NCBI GenBank assembly: GCA_965204735.1
Contig: OZ242008.1
Span: forward strand, 384,001 to 448,000
Direction: 5' to 3'
DNA from: Longimicrobiales bacterium
Lineage (GTDB): Bacteria; Gemmatimonadota; Gemmatimonadetes; Longimicrobiales; Gaopeijiaceae
DNA: 64,000 bases
This document shows, piece by piece, positions 1 through 12,590 of the stretch. The position numbers were made by a program, and so were the translations under genes. How positions within the stretch are numbered: position 1 is the stretch's first letter; each line of letters begins with the position of its first letter. The notes beneath the pieces are model-generated. The model saw nothing but the letters and a program-made list of their open reading frames with translations, searched no databases and was not told the DNA's origin.

Positions 1-1311
1 GCGGAAGATCTCGTGATCGGTGAGGACGTTGAACGGGGGCGACGACTCGGGGAGCCGGAAGCCGCCGGTCAGCGTGCCCACGGCCAGCCGGCAGCCTCGC
101 GGCGCTCTCCCGCTGCGCTCCGCCACGAGCTCTTCCAGGCGGGCGGCTTGGCCGTCGTTGTCGCAGAGGACGAGGGTGTCGGCGGCGTTCTTGGCGGCCT
201 CCGCCAGAAACTCCCGAAGGCGGCGGGTGTCCCGGTCGATCGGAGGCGGCGGCGCCGCCGCGAAGACGTGGTCGCCGACGTGTTCCTCCACGAAGACCAG
301 CCCCGGCAGGCGGTCCAGTCGACCGGCCAGGGCGCCGGGCGAGAGGAAGAGGTCGCCGGGCGGAACGGCCGGGTTGCCGTGGCGGCGCTCGGCGCGCCAG
401 CGGTCCTCGGCGCGTCCCCATGCGGCCCGGGCCTCCTGGTCCCATGCGTGGACGCCGACCTGGACGACGGTCGCGTCCCGCGGCAGACGGTCCAGAAGGG
501 AGCAGCGGACGGCGGCGGCCGTTTCGGCGCCTGTGTTCCGTTCGGCAACAGCGTTCTGTTCGGCGCTTGCGTCCCGCCGGAACTCCACGGGCAGCACGTC
601 GATCCGGTCCACGGCGTCGGTGGAACGCTGGTCGAGGATGTCGAAGAGTCGGATCGACTCCACCTCGTCGCCCCAGAACTCCACGCGCGCGGGTCCCGCC
701 GCGCCGAAGGAGAAGAGGTCCACGATGCCGCCTCGCACGGCGTAGCGTCCGACTTCCTCCACCATGGGCGCCTGCCTGAATCCCCGGGCGTCGAGGGCGG
801 CGATCAGGTCGTCCCGGCCCATCTCGGCGCCGGTCTCGACGGCGAGGCGAAGACCCGCCAAGTCGCCGGGAATGGGGGCGACCTCCTGCAGCGCGCGGCG
901 CGTGGCCACCAGAACCCGCACCCGTCCCGCCAGGAGCGACTCGACGGCCTCGACGCGCCGGCCGGAAACCTCGAAGCCTGTGGCGCCCCTGGTCTCGAGG
1001 GCGCCGAAAGGGGCGTCGTCGGCGCCGGCGGCCTCGTCGCGCTGCGGGTACTCGGCCGCGGCGCCTTCGCCCAGCAGCGTTTCCAGGTCGGCCATGTGGG
1101 CTGCCGCGTGCCGGGGCGAGGAGGCCGCCACGACCCAGATGCGGTTGGGAAGGCGCCCGGCCAGCGCCGCCACGACCGCCATGGGCAGGGCGCCGGCGGC
1201 GCCGCCCACGGTGGCCGCGCGGCCGGGACCGGGGGGCCGCCGGGCCAGCGCGCGAAGGGTCGGCGTCGCGGCGAGGGCGGCCGCGACCGGGTGCGCCTCC
1301 GGGTCAGGCAC
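1..1311 (-). CDS. mfd: Transcription-repair coupling factor Mfd, N-terminal part (runs off the left edge)
   Basis: Not in the ORF track because it has no stop in the window. Manual translation from GTG at 1311, which overlaps the upstream gene's end, gives GRYAVRGGIVDLFSFGAAGPARVEFWGDEVESIRLFDILDQRST, the UvrB-homology segment typical of Mfd. Confidence 0.85.
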   Translation of the reverse strand, partial: MPDPEAHPVAAALAATPTLRALARRPPGPGRAATVGGAAGALPMAVVAALAGRLPNRIWVVAASSPRHAAAHMADLETLLGEGAAAEYPQRDEAAGADDAPFGALETRGATGFEVSGRRVEAVESLLAGRVRVLVATRRALQEVAPIPGDLAGLRLAVETGAEMGRDDLIAALDARGFRQAPMVEEVGRYAVRGGIVDLFSFGAAGPARVEFWGDEVESIRLFDILDQRSTDAVDRIDVLPVEFRRDASAEQNAVAERNTGAETAAAVRCSLLDRLPRDATVVQVGVHAWDQEARAAWGRAEDRWRAERRHGNPAVPPGDLFLSPGALAGRLDRLPGLVFVEEHVGDHVFAAAPPPPIDRDTRRLREFLAEAAKNAADTLVLCDNDGQAARLEELVAERSGRAPRGCRLAVGTLTGGFRLPESSPPFNVLTDHEIFR

Positions 1312-3382
1312 CGGAGGACGCCTGGACGGGCGTGGCCCGGCGCGGCGTCGCCCGGGCGGGCGAGGTCGGTCCGCGTGCGCCTTGGCCCGGTCGGGAGAAT
1401 ATCCTGGTGGACGCGGCGACGCCGCTCTCGACCACCACCAGCGCGAGCAGAAGAGCCGCCAGGACTCGCCACGGCTCGGGTCCGCGCCCGGCCCGGAAGA
1501 TCGCCCCGGACCACGACTCTGGATCGTCCACCACGTCCACGACTCCCGGAAGGGCTTGGCGGAGGTCGGCACGGTCGATGGGGGCGAGGTCGGTTTCGGC
1601 GGCCGGCGCGTTGACGGCGAACGTCTCCAGCACTCTGTCGCCCGCCAAGGCCCGGTAGAAGCCGGCGACGGCCGTTGCCGGGTAGGGCTGGTCGCCGTCC
1701 ACCGGGTGCTCGGCGCCGCTCGGGTCGCGGACCGCCGTGGCCGTCGGGGGCGGCCGGACGGGTTCGCCCGCCGCGACCGCGGCCGTTCCCGCGCCGCCCC
1801 CGGACCACCGCTCCACCGCCCACTCCAGCAAGGGCACCATCGCCGCGGACACGGGAAGCCCGCTGGACGCCTCGTCCAGGGGCGACGCCAGAAGGACGTA
1901 GGGACCGGACGGGGCGGCGCCGGCCAAGACCCATGGATCGCCGTTGGAGAGCTCGGCCGCGACGTGGAACGCCGCCCCGGGCGATGCGCCCGCCGACCGT
2001 CCCGGCGCGCCCGTCGGTTCCACCATGAAGTAGCGGGAGACGACCAGCCCCTCCACTTCGACGGGAAGCGACGCCCTGGCCACCCGCGAGCCTCCGCCCT
2101 CTCGGTGGACGTACCGGAACGGGATCCCCGCCTCGGCCAGCCGCCGGTTCAGAGCCGGAAGGCCGACCGGGTCGGCCAACGGGTAGGCCACGGCCGCCTG
2201 GTCCCGACTCCGCCCGTCCAGCCCTTCGCCCCCGGCGCTCACCAGCGTCGCCGCCCGAGCCGGGCTCTCGAAGGCGATCCGCCCGTTCTCCGCCAGCACC
2301 GCCGCCGCCTCCTGCACGAAGAGCGGAGCGTCTCCCAGCACGGCAACCGGCGTCGGGTCCCGCACCGCAAAGGAGAAGTAGTGGCGGTCGTCGGCGGTCA
2401 GGGGGTCCGGGTCGATCTCGGCCCACCCCTCCACCCGCCCGGCGGGAAACGGCCCGGCCGGCACCCTCACCGTGGCCCCCGCCGGCGCCCGCGCCGCGCC
2501 TCGCATCAGCCCGCCCACGTACAGCCGAACTCCCACCGTGTCTCCAGGCTCGCCGCCGCTCACCGACACCGCCGCCTCGGTCCTGCGTCCTGCCAGCGGC
2601 GCCAGCCCGCCGCCGAAGACGACTCCCTCGATCCCTCGGTTCGCCAACCCCGCCGCCGGCGCCCCGAACACCACGATCGGCACGTCGGCGCCGTCGCCGC
2701 CGGCCCGCGCGCTTCCCGCATCCCGCTCGCCCTCGGCGTCCTCCGCGTCTCGGGGCGGCCCGTGCCCCCGGACCGGTCCCTCGCCGGCGAACGCCGTCGC
2801 CTGCAAGTCCGTGATCAGGTGGACCTCTCGCGCCGGCAGGTCGCTCTGGGCCACCAGCGCCCGCGCCCGCGCCGCCGCCTGCAGCAAGTCCCCTCGACCG
2901 TGGCTGGACGGGGTCTCGTCGATCGCCGCCAAGGCCTGGGCCGCGTTCCCCGGCGTCGCCGCCAGCCACGGCGTACCTGCCCGAATCACCCAGATCACGT
3001 CGTCCGGCCCGGCTCCTTCCGCGCTCCGTCGCGCCACCGCCTTCAGCGCGTCGAGCCTTCTTCGCCCGTCCTCGATCGCCGTCGCGCTCAGCGAGTTGTC
3101 GATCACCAGCGCCAGCGCGGTCGCGTCGTGGCTCTTCCCCGGCCCAGGGAAGTGAGTCCTCGCCCCCATCAGGACGACCACCGCCACCACCGCCACGCGG
3201 ATGAGCAGAAGCAGGACCTGCTGGGTTCTGATCTGCCGGGCTCGCTCCCGCTCGGTCCGAAGCAGGTAGCGAATTGCCGGGAAGGCGAAGGTCTTGCTCT
3301 CGCGCCTGTAGAAGAGGTGCAGGAAGACGGGCACCGCCACGGCCAAGCCGGCCAAGAGGAAGACCGGGTTCAGAAAGCCCAT
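1304..3382 (-). CDS. BatA N-terminal double-TM plus VWA domain membrane protein
   Basis: Starts MGFLNPVFLLAGLAVAVPVFLHLF...FPAIRYL; MIDAS-like LVIDNSLS; C-terminal TM EPWRVLAALLLALVVVE; lies directly downstream of a DUF58 gene. Confidence 0.85.
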   Translation of the reverse strand: MGFLNPVFLLAGLAVAVPVFLHLFYRRESKTFAFPAIRYLLRTERERARQIRTQQVLLLLIRVAVVAVVVLMGARTHFPGPGKSHDATALALVIDNSLSATAIEDGRRRLDALKAVARRSAEGAGPDDVIWVIRAGTPWLAATPGNAAQALAAIDETPSSHGRGDLLQAAARARALVAQSDLPAREVHLITDLQATAFAGEGPVRGHGPPRDAEDAEGERDAGSARAGGDGADVPIVVFGAPAAGLANRGIEGVVFGGGLAPLAGRRTEAAVSVSGGEPGDTVGVRLYVGGLMRGAARAPAGATVRVPAGPFPAGRVEGWAEIDPDPLTADDRHYFSFAVRDPTPVAVLGDAPLFVQEAAAVLAENGRIAFESPARAATLVSAGGEGLDGRSRDQAAVAYPLADPVGLPALNRRLAEAGIPFRYVHREGGGSRVARASLPVEVEGLVVSRYFMVEPTGAPGRSAGASPGAAFHVAAELSNGDPWVLAGAAPSGPYVLLASPLDEASSGLPVSAAMVPLLEWAVERWSGGGAGTAAVAAGEPVRPPPTATAVRDPSGAEHPVDGDQPYPATAVAGFYRALAGDRVLETFAVNAPAAETDLAPIDRADLRQALPGVVDVVDDPESWSGAIFRAGRGPEPWRVLAALLLALVVVESGVAASTRIFSRPGQGARGPTSPARATPRRATPVQASSGA

Positions 3383-3383
3383 G

Positions 3384-4313
3384 TCACGGAAGCCGCTGTC
3401 GCTTCCACAGGTAGAACCGAAGGGCTCTCGACAAGGGCTCGTCGGTCCCGATCGTCGAGTAGGCGATCCCTCGGCCGGTCAGCTTGGCGGTCCACTCGGC
3501 CACGGCGTCCTCGACGGCCTGCTGGTAGTGGCGCCGCATGTCCGCCACCGACACCTGGAGCGACTCGCCGGTCTCCGGGTCCACGAATCGGGTCTCGCCC
3601 GTGGTCGGCAGGTCCCGCTCCCCCGGGTCCACCAAGTGGAAGACCAGCACTTCGTGGCCGGTGTGCTGAAGGTAGGTCAGCGCCTTGGCCGTCTCCTCGG
3701 GCTCCACCAGCAGGTCCGAGATCAGAACGACCAGTCCCTTGCGCTTCAGACGCATCGCCACATGGCGGACCGCCGACTCCGCGTCGGTCCGTCCGCCGCT
3801 CCGCAGGGCGTGCAGGTGCTGGAGGAGCAGCCTCCAGTGGACCTTCCCTCCGCGAGCTCGAATCTGGCGCACGATCTTCTCGTGGAACGCCGTCAGGCCC
3901 ACGATGTCGCCCTGCCGGACCAGGATCAGCGAGACGGCCGCGGCCAAGTGCTTGGCGTACCAGAGCTTCGACGGCAGACTGGGACGGGACGACCAGGCCA
4001 TCGACTCGCTCACGTCGATCAGCATGTAGGCCCGAAGGTTCGTCTCCTCTTCGTACTGCTTGACGTAGAAGCGGTCGGAACGGGCGAACATCCGCCAGTC
4101 CAGGGTCCGCAGGTCGTCTCCCGGCTGGTACGCCCGCAGCTCCGCGAACTCCGCCGAGAACCCCCGGTTGGGGGACCTGTGAAGCCCCAGTAGGAAGCCG
4201 TGGACCACTTGGCGGGCGACGATGTCGATCCCTCCCAGCTGGGCCAGGGTTGCAGGGTCCAGCAGGTCCGCGCGCCGGTCCAGGTGAGGCGCAACCGTCT
4301 CGTTCGTGGCCAT
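3384..4313 (-). CDS. DUF58 family protein (MoxR-associated)
   Basis: GLHRSPNRGFSAEFAELRAYQPGDDLRTLDWRMFARSDRFYVKQYEEETN is the DUF58 signature. Start reassigned to ATG 4313 (MATNETV). Confidence 0.9.
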   Translation of the reverse strand: MATNETVAPHLDRRADLLDPATLAQLGGIDIVARQVVHGFLLGLHRSPNRGFSAEFAELRAYQPGDDLRTLDWRMFARSDRFYVKQYEEETNLRAYMLIDVSESMAWSSRPSLPSKLWYAKHLAAAVSLILVRQGDIVGLTAFHEKIVRQIRARGGKVHWRLLLQHLHALRSGGRTDAESAVRHVAMRLKRKGLVVLISDLLVEPEETAKALTYLQHTGHEVLVFHLVDPGERDLPTTGETRFVDPETGESLQVSVADMRRHYQQAVEDAVAEWTAKLTGRGIAYSTIGTDEPLSRALRFYLWKRQRLP

Positions 4314-4415
4314 GGAGCTTCCAATGTGGACGAAACGGGGAGCGGGGGACAGGGGAACGCCAGGCGTCGCGTCGGAGTATCGGCCGGGCCGATGTCGCTC
4401 TCTCCCCGCCGCTTG

Positions 4416-4443
4416 TTGACCCATGGGCGCGAAACGGTACGTT
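4416..4443 (+). promoter_or_regulatory. Possible sigma70 promoter for the HTH gene
   Basis: TTGACC-16 bp-TACGTT about 80 bp upstream of the 4521 start. Confidence 0.3.
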
Positions 4444-4520
4444 GGCTCCCATCGTGCTGACCAGACACCGCACTGCTTCCACCGACCGCCCAGCTTGGAC
4501 ACGCCCATGAGGACACACGC

Positions 4521-5039
4521 GTGAACCCCGACGGTCGCGTGTCCGTCGCCGATCCTGTGTCCACCAGCCAAGCCATGTTCGAGATACGGCGTCTCTCGGG
4601 GCTTGACTGGGACGAGCTCGCAGCGGTCTTCGGCGTCTCTCGGCCGGATGTTTGCAGTTGGGCCAATGGCAGCGTGCTTTCTGATCGCGAACGTCTTGTC
4701 GTACTCCGCGCGCTTGCTGCAATACGACACGTAGACCGCGGAACCAGCGACGATACGCGCCGCTTTTTGATGGAAGATGACGACACAACCGGCACGTCCG
4801 TCCTTGAGTTGCTGAGATCAGAGCGGTTTGATGAAGTAATGGCAATGCCTGGTCGTGCTGTTTTCCAAAGGCCTCGTCCCGCTCTTTCCGAGGAGGCCAA
4901 GATGTTGCGGTGCCCGCCGCCGCCAATCTTTCTGCTCGACGCAGATCACAGCAGGCCCGTCGTTGCAACGGATCCTCGCGTTGCCGAAGTGATGCGGGCG
5001 CCTCAGTCGAGCGCAACAAAGGCTGACGGCCCACGGTAA
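4521..5039 (+). CDS. Xre-like helix-turn-helix protein (orphan, antitoxin/regulator-like)
   Basis: EIRRLSGLDWDELAAVFGVSRPDVCSWANG HTH pattern; more AT-rich than the flanking genes. Confidence 0.7.
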   Translation: MNPDGRVSVADPVSTSQAMFEIRRLSGLDWDELAAVFGVSRPDVCSWANGSVLSDRERLVVLRALAAIRHVDRGTSDDTRRFLMEDDDTTGTSVLELLRSERFDEVMAMPGRAVFQRPRPALSEEAKMLRCPPPPIFLLDADHSRPVVATDPRVAEVMRAPQSSATKADGPR

Positions 5040-5133
5040 ACTCCGGGCCTGGACGATCTGCAACCGACCCATCGGCTCGGCACGCCGCCATTCGAGAGCT
5101 CGCCGCTCTCGGGCCAGCTCGACCGGCGGCCGA

Positions 5134-5149
5134 TGGCCCGCTTCTTGCA
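5134..5149 (+). promoter_or_regulatory. Sigma54 (-24/-12) promoter upstream of clpB
   Basis: TGGCCCGCTTCTTGCA matches TGGCACG-N4-TTGCW with one mismatch and exact spacing. Confidence 0.65.
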
Positions 5150-5189
5150 CATCTATTCCGGGCGATTCGACCGGCGCGGCAGGGCGAAC

Positions 5190-5275
5190 CTGCCAAAATG
5201 GCAGAACTCGGCGCGCCGACCTGCCAAAATGGCAGGAATGGTCGTGCAGGCGCCGCAGACCTGCCAAAACGGCAG
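5190..5275. promoter_or_regulatory. Three copies of the palindrome CTGCCA-AAA-TGGCAG (operator-like) in the clpB leader
   Basis: Copies at 5190-5204, 5221-5235 and 5261-5275 (third reads CTGCCAAAACGGCAG). Confidence 0.75.
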
Positions 5276-5329
5276 GTTGTTCGGCCAATCTCGCCCAATC
5301 GGAACCAAGACCAGAGAGGAAGCGCCAAG

Positions 5330-7948
<2,619 letters not shown>

Positions 7949-8088
7949 CGGACGGCGAGACCGCTCCTCGGCGCGCGGCCGCGGCGCTGCCGGGGGAGCT
8001 CGACGACTGGCCGCCGGGGACCGTTCCTCGGTGCGCGCGGCTGCGGCTCAGGCGGCCGTCGCCGGCGCGCCCTCCCGCCCAAACGGCC

Positions 8089-9354
8089 TCATCCCTGGTT
8101 GCAGTAGGCGTTGCCTTCCACGTTGGCGTTGGCGCTGCACTCCGCTTGGCTGGGCGGGAAGCAGCTGTGGCGTCCCTGCATGAACGCCACGGCCCACGGA
8201 CTCAGCCCCTCCGCCGCAAAGCGCGCGTTGTCCTTCAGCCTTCGGGCCTCCAGCCAGAGCTCGAAGTTGCGCTCCCTGTCCAGAGCCAGCCACGCCTCCT
8301 GGTCGTTGGAAGCGGACACCGCCGGCACGCCCACCCGGTTGCGCACGTAGTTGATCTTTGCGATAGCCCCGTCCCGGTCGCCTCGGCGCAGCATCACTTC
8401 GGCTTCGATCAGGCGCATCTCGCGACCCTTCGCCAACGGAATGTCGTCTGCACGGGACGTGTACTTGAGCTGCCGGTAGAACGGCTTCACGCCCCCGCCC
8501 GAGGTCTGGTTCATGTCGCGCCACGGGACCCGGGGATCCGCGTCGGGGCCGATGCTGTCGTTGTACATGCTCCACACGGTGATCTGCTTCTGGTTCTCGT
8601 GGGTGAAGGAATAGATCTGGTTCCACTCCCGGTTGCTGTTGTCGGAACGGTTGGCCACCCACAAGAAGTCGTCGGGCACCATGGCCGCGAAGGAGATCGC
8701 TTGGTCGAGGTTGCCCAGCATGAGATGAGCCTGGGCGAGACCGGCGGCCGACGCCATCGCGATGGAGTCGTGGCCCGCGCTCTGCGCCCGCGAACGAGCC
8801 GTCTCGAAGCGCTCGACGGCGCGTGCGTAGTGCTCGTTGGGCTCCATGACCTCGCCCGGATCGGCCGTGCCGTCTCCATCCCGGTCCTCGCCGCCGAAGA
8901 CCGCGATGCACACGTTGTCTCCCAGCAGGCGGTTGGCCCAGCCGGCCCACATGTAGGCCGACGTGAGCCACTGGTTGTTGGCCGCGTCCGCCTGGGTGTC
9001 GGTGAGCCGCGCGATCCCCGCCGCGGCGCCCCAGCGGGCGAGCTGCATGGGGTGCCAGCTGTTCCCGGCGTTGGTGACCGTCAGCCGGCCCTCGCCGGCG
9101 TCCTGCAGCCAGGGCTGCGTGGCGTCGGCGTCCAGGTCCGTCGATGCGGGCCCGCCCAGCCAAGCCATGTCGTCGACCGCCACCTCGACGTCGGCGACTA
9201 TGCCGATCAGCACCGTCTTGCCGGCCGCTTCCTCGTTCAGGGCCTCGTCGATGATCGGGCCCGGGTTCACGACCTCGAACAGGTCGCAGGCCGGCAAAGT
9301 CGCCGCCAGCGCGACCGTCGCGAGCGCTTTGCGTCCGTGCGTGAACATCCTCAT
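8089..9354 (-). CDS. SusD/RagB family outer-membrane lipoprotein
   Basis: Lipobox LPAC-DLFEVVNPG; EMRLIEAE...INYVR...ERNFELWLEARRLKD; downstream of a SusC gene. Confidence 0.9.
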   Translation of the reverse strand: MRMFTHGRKALATVALAATLPACDLFEVVNPGPIIDEALNEEAAGKTVLIGIVADVEVAVDDMAWLGGPASTDLDADATQPWLQDAGEGRLTVTNAGNSWHPMQLARWGAAAGIARLTDTQADAANNQWLTSAYMWAGWANRLLGDNVCIAVFGGEDRDGDGTADPGEVMEPNEHYARAVERFETARSRAQSAGHDSIAMASAAGLAQAHLMLGNLDQAISFAAMVPDDFLWVANRSDNSNREWNQIYSFTHENQKQITVWSMYNDSIGPDADPRVPWRDMNQTSGGGVKPFYRQLKYTSRADDIPLAKGREMRLIEAEVMLRRGDRDGAIAKINYVRNRVGVPAVSASNDQEAWLALDRERNFELWLEARRLKDNARFAAEGLSPWAVAFMQGRHSCFPPSQAECSANANVEGNAYCNQG

Positions 9355-9400
9355 TTTCGCCTCTCCTTTCCCCGGGCCGTTGCCAGTCCCGGGGCTGTTG

Positions 9401-12400
9401 CTAGAAGTTGGCCCGGAGGCTCACGGAAAACATGACGGGCGCCGGCAGCTGGTAGTACTCGTACCGGGCCGGAAACGTCCCGACGCCTCCACCGTACCCC
9501 ACCGTCAGCTCGGGGTCGATGCCCGCGCCGTTCGACCACTTGTACGGGTTCTGCACCGTCGCCGTGAGAGTCGTGCCCGTCGCCCCCGGTATCAGGTCGT
9601 CCGGGATGAGCAGCGACGCCGAGACGGTCCTGATCTTGAAGAAGTTCGACGGCCGCATCCAGAAGTCGAAGTTGGGAGTCGGCAGCTGGCAACGCGCTCT
9701 CCAGATGGCGGGCGCCGCCGACCGGGCCGCCGCGTCGTCGGGGTCGTCCAGGCCCAGGTCGTTGCACTCGGGCCACAATCCGCGGCGCACCTGCTGCCAG
9801 GGCATGATGTTGAACTGGTACTGGCCGCCGTGGTACTCGCCGAGCGCATAGATCGTCAGCCGGTTGAAGAGGTTGATCGACGTCTTGCCGCTGAGGATGT
9901 GCGTCGGGTAGACGGGACCGTAGTAGTGGTTCTCGTCGACGATCGGATCGGCGATCGCGTCGGGGTTGGACACGTAGTCGCCCCACAAGGAGACGATGGG
10001 GTATCCGACCCGAACCCACTGGCCGAGGAGCGAGCCCCAGCCGAGAAAGAACTCGGGAGCCTCGCCCAGGCTGATCACCTCGCTGCTGGTCGTCGAGACG
10101 GAGCCGGTGATCTCCCACCGCACGTTGTCCAGCGACACGGGCACGCCGGTGACGGACACTTCCATGCCGGTGTTCTTGAACTCGCCCACGTTCTTGAGCT
10201 GCGACGTGAGGAAACCGTCGGAAGGCGCCGCGGTCACGGGCATGAGCGCGTCGCTGGTCACGCTGTTGTACCAGCTGAAGTCCACGCCCAGCCGGTCGTC
10301 CAGCAGGCTCCCTTCGAAGCCCAGCTCCAGCTCCGTGGAGCGCTCGGGCCCCAGGTCCGGGTTGCCCAGGTTGGCAGGCGTCACGCCCGCTTGGCCGTCG
10401 TACCCGGCGACGGGCGTCCAAGTCCGCACCGCGTCGAATGCGCCCGGCGCCTTGCCCGACTGGCCCCACGCCGCCCGCAGCTTCATCACCTGCCACCAGT
10501 CGCCCGGCCAGAAGTCCATGTCCGAGATCACGTACGAGGCGCTGACCTTTGGATAGACCTGCAGCCCCAGGTCCTCGCCGAAGGCGCTGTTGCCGTCCAC
10601 CCGGACGCCGCCGGTGACGAAGAGGTTGTCGTTGAACCCCACCACCTCTTGCGCAAAGAACCCGGCGTTGACGACTCGGAGCAAGTCTTCGCTGGAGGTG
10701 GTCGTCGCCCCCGAGCTCAGGGTCTTCTCGCCCGGTCCGCCGAAGTCCTCGGAGACGCCGTACACGGTGTGGTCCCAGTCGCTGTATATCTGTCCGCCGG
10801 CAGAGAACGAGGACGACACGTTGTCGCTGAAGTCGGCCTCCCAGGTGCTGCCCAAGTCGATGGTGATCGTCCGGTGCTCCCACTCGTTGAGGTTGCGGCG
10901 GCCTTGGGGCCGGAGGACGTGGTCGAAGGGAAAGTTCTGCTGGTTGAACGCCGTCGTGTAGTCGAGGCCCACCGTGAGGCGCGTGGTGAGGCCGACGCCT
11001 TCGGCGGTGTGGAGCGCCGTCAGGCCGCCGATGAAGTGCTCGACCCGGCCGCTGTTGGTGATGTCGAAGAGGATCTGGTCCGGGTCGCCCTGGTAGTTGT
11101 CCCGGTCCACGGCCGCGTTGGTGTAGTCCTGGGTGCCGCGAAGCACGTTCAGCATGAAGCCCGAGGCGTTGTCGCCCATCTCCATGTAGTTGGTGTTGCG
11201 GTGACGGTAGGACGCGCTGAGGCTCAAGTTGAGGGAAGGAGACGGCTGGAGCCCGAAGTTGCCCCGCACGTTGTAGGAACGCTCGTCGTTGTTGTCCACG
11301 ACGCCGTCGTCGTAGCCCACGCCTGCCGACACGAAGTAGCTGAAGGCGTTGGTGCCGCCCGACACGGACAACTTCGTCGCGCCCAGCGGCGCCGACGAGT
11401 ACCACGGCTTGGTGAAGCCCCAGTCGGCGGTCCGCCCCAGGATCGGTCCCATGGAGTTGCCGGTCATGAAGCGGGTCCCGCCGGTCAGCTCCGCCGTCCA
11501 CGATGCGCGCTGGCCGGCCCGACCCTTCTTGGTGAAGATCTGGATCACGCCGCCGGCCGCCTCCGTGCCGTAGAGAGTCGTGGCCGCCGCGCCGCGGACG
11601 ATCTCCACCGACTCGATCGTGGCGGGATCAATCAGGTCCAGCGGGTTCGGCGAAGTTTGTGCGCCCGCGGGACCTGGGTTGATGCTTTGGCGGTTGTTGT
11701 ACACGCCTTGGTTGTTGTTCATTCGGACGCCGTCCACGTAGATCAGCGGCTGCACGTCCTGGCTGATGCTGTTGATCCCTCGCAGGACGATCTTCGATCC
11801 GCCGCCCACTTGGCCCTCGTTGCGCCACTGCTGAATCCCCGTGGTCTGGCCGTTGAGGATCTCGGTAAGGGTTTGGGAAGGCGTGTTCTCCAGCGCCGCG
11901 GCGCGCACGCTGGCGACGCTGTTGCCGACCTCCCGTCGCGACGATGCCCCCGGCGTGCCGGTGACGACGACTTCGTCCAGCTCGAGGGCGGTCTCGCTCA
12001 TGCGGAATTCGACGACCGCGGCTTCGCCTGCCGACACCTGAACAGTCTGGGTCGCGGTGCGGTAGCCGATCCGTTCGACTCGCACCTCGTGGGCGCCCGG
12101 CGGCACTTCGAGGACGAGGAAGCGCCCGTCCTGGGACGCTATGCCGCCGAGCCCCGTGTCCCCGACCGAGATCTGGGCGACCCCGATAGGCGTGTTGTTC
12201 GAGGCGTTCAGGACGCGGCCCGTGATCCTGCCGTTCTGAGCCGCCAGCGCGCCCGGCGCGGCGACCGCCGCCAAGCCGGCGACCAGCACGGCGAGAACGG
12301 CGAGCACGGAGTGCGGCCGCGCCCCCGATGCGAGTCGGCTTCCTGGGGCGTGACGGACATTGGACGGCGACGACCGGTCGCGCTCTCGACGCCTTGCGGT

Positions 12401-12418
12401 TGCGGCTCCCACGTTCAT
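9401..12418 (-). CDS. SusC/RagA family TonB-dependent receptor
   Basis: LDEVVVTG, IESVEIVRGAAATTLYGTEAAGGVIQIFTKKG, GNPDLGPERSTELELG, C-terminal Phe. ATG 12418 is preceded by AGGAGG. Confidence 0.93.
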   Translation of the reverse strand: MNVGAATARRRERDRSSPSNVRHAPGSRLASGARPHSVLAVLAVLVAGLAAVAAPGALAAQNGRITGRVLNASNNTPIGVAQISVGDTGLGGIASQDGRFLVLEVPPGAHEVRVERIGYRTATQTVQVSAGEAAVVEFRMSETALELDEVVVTGTPGASSRREVGNSVASVRAAALENTPSQTLTEILNGQTTGIQQWRNEGQVGGGSKIVLRGINSISQDVQPLIYVDGVRMNNNQGVYNNRQSINPGPAGAQTSPNPLDLIDPATIESVEIVRGAAATTLYGTEAAGGVIQIFTKKGRAGQRASWTAELTGGTRFMTGNSMGPILGRTADWGFTKPWYSSAPLGATKLSVSGGTNAFSYFVSAGVGYDDGVVDNNDERSYNVRGNFGLQPSPSLNLSLSASYRHRNTNYMEMGDNASGFMLNVLRGTQDYTNAAVDRDNYQGDPDQILFDITNSGRVEHFIGGLTALHTAEGVGLTTRLTVGLDYTTAFNQQNFPFDHVLRPQGRRNLNEWEHRTITIDLGSTWEADFSDNVSSSFSAGGQIYSDWDHTVYGVSEDFGGPGEKTLSSGATTTSSEDLLRVVNAGFFAQEVVGFNDNLFVTGGVRVDGNSAFGEDLGLQVYPKVSASYVISDMDFWPGDWWQVMKLRAAWGQSGKAPGAFDAVRTWTPVAGYDGQAGVTPANLGNPDLGPERSTELELGFEGSLLDDRLGVDFSWYNSVTSDALMPVTAAPSDGFLTSQLKNVGEFKNTGMEVSVTGVPVSLDNVRWEITGSVSTTSSEVISLGEAPEFFLGWGSLLGQWVRVGYPIVSLWGDYVSNPDAIADPIVDENHYYGPVYPTHILSGKTSINLFNRLTIYALGEYHGGQYQFNIMPWQQVRRGLWPECNDLGLDDPDDAAARSAAPAIWRARCQLPTPNFDFWMRPSNFFKIRTVSASLLIPDDLIPGATGTTLTATVQNPYKWSNGAGIDPELTVGYGGGVGTFPARYEYYQLPAPVMFSVSLRANF

Positions 12419-12590
12419 CTTCGACCTCCTGATCGGCTCCTGCGGTGCGGAAAGACGGCGAACGGGCATGGTACGCGCCCCCCGCGATCCAGGCAAGAGT
12501 GTCCGGGGGGTGCGGTCAAGCCGACAGTAGAGTATTCTTCAAGGGCGAGAGTGCTCTGCAGGGGACGACAGCTGGGAGATCAGCGGGCGA

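Noticed and set aside
7949..8088. GC-rich imperfect direct repeat (GACCGyTCCTCGG..GCGCGGCyGCGGC x2) between clpB and susD as a terminator or REP element
   Set aside because: No U-tract and no further copies seen in the window; too weak to call.
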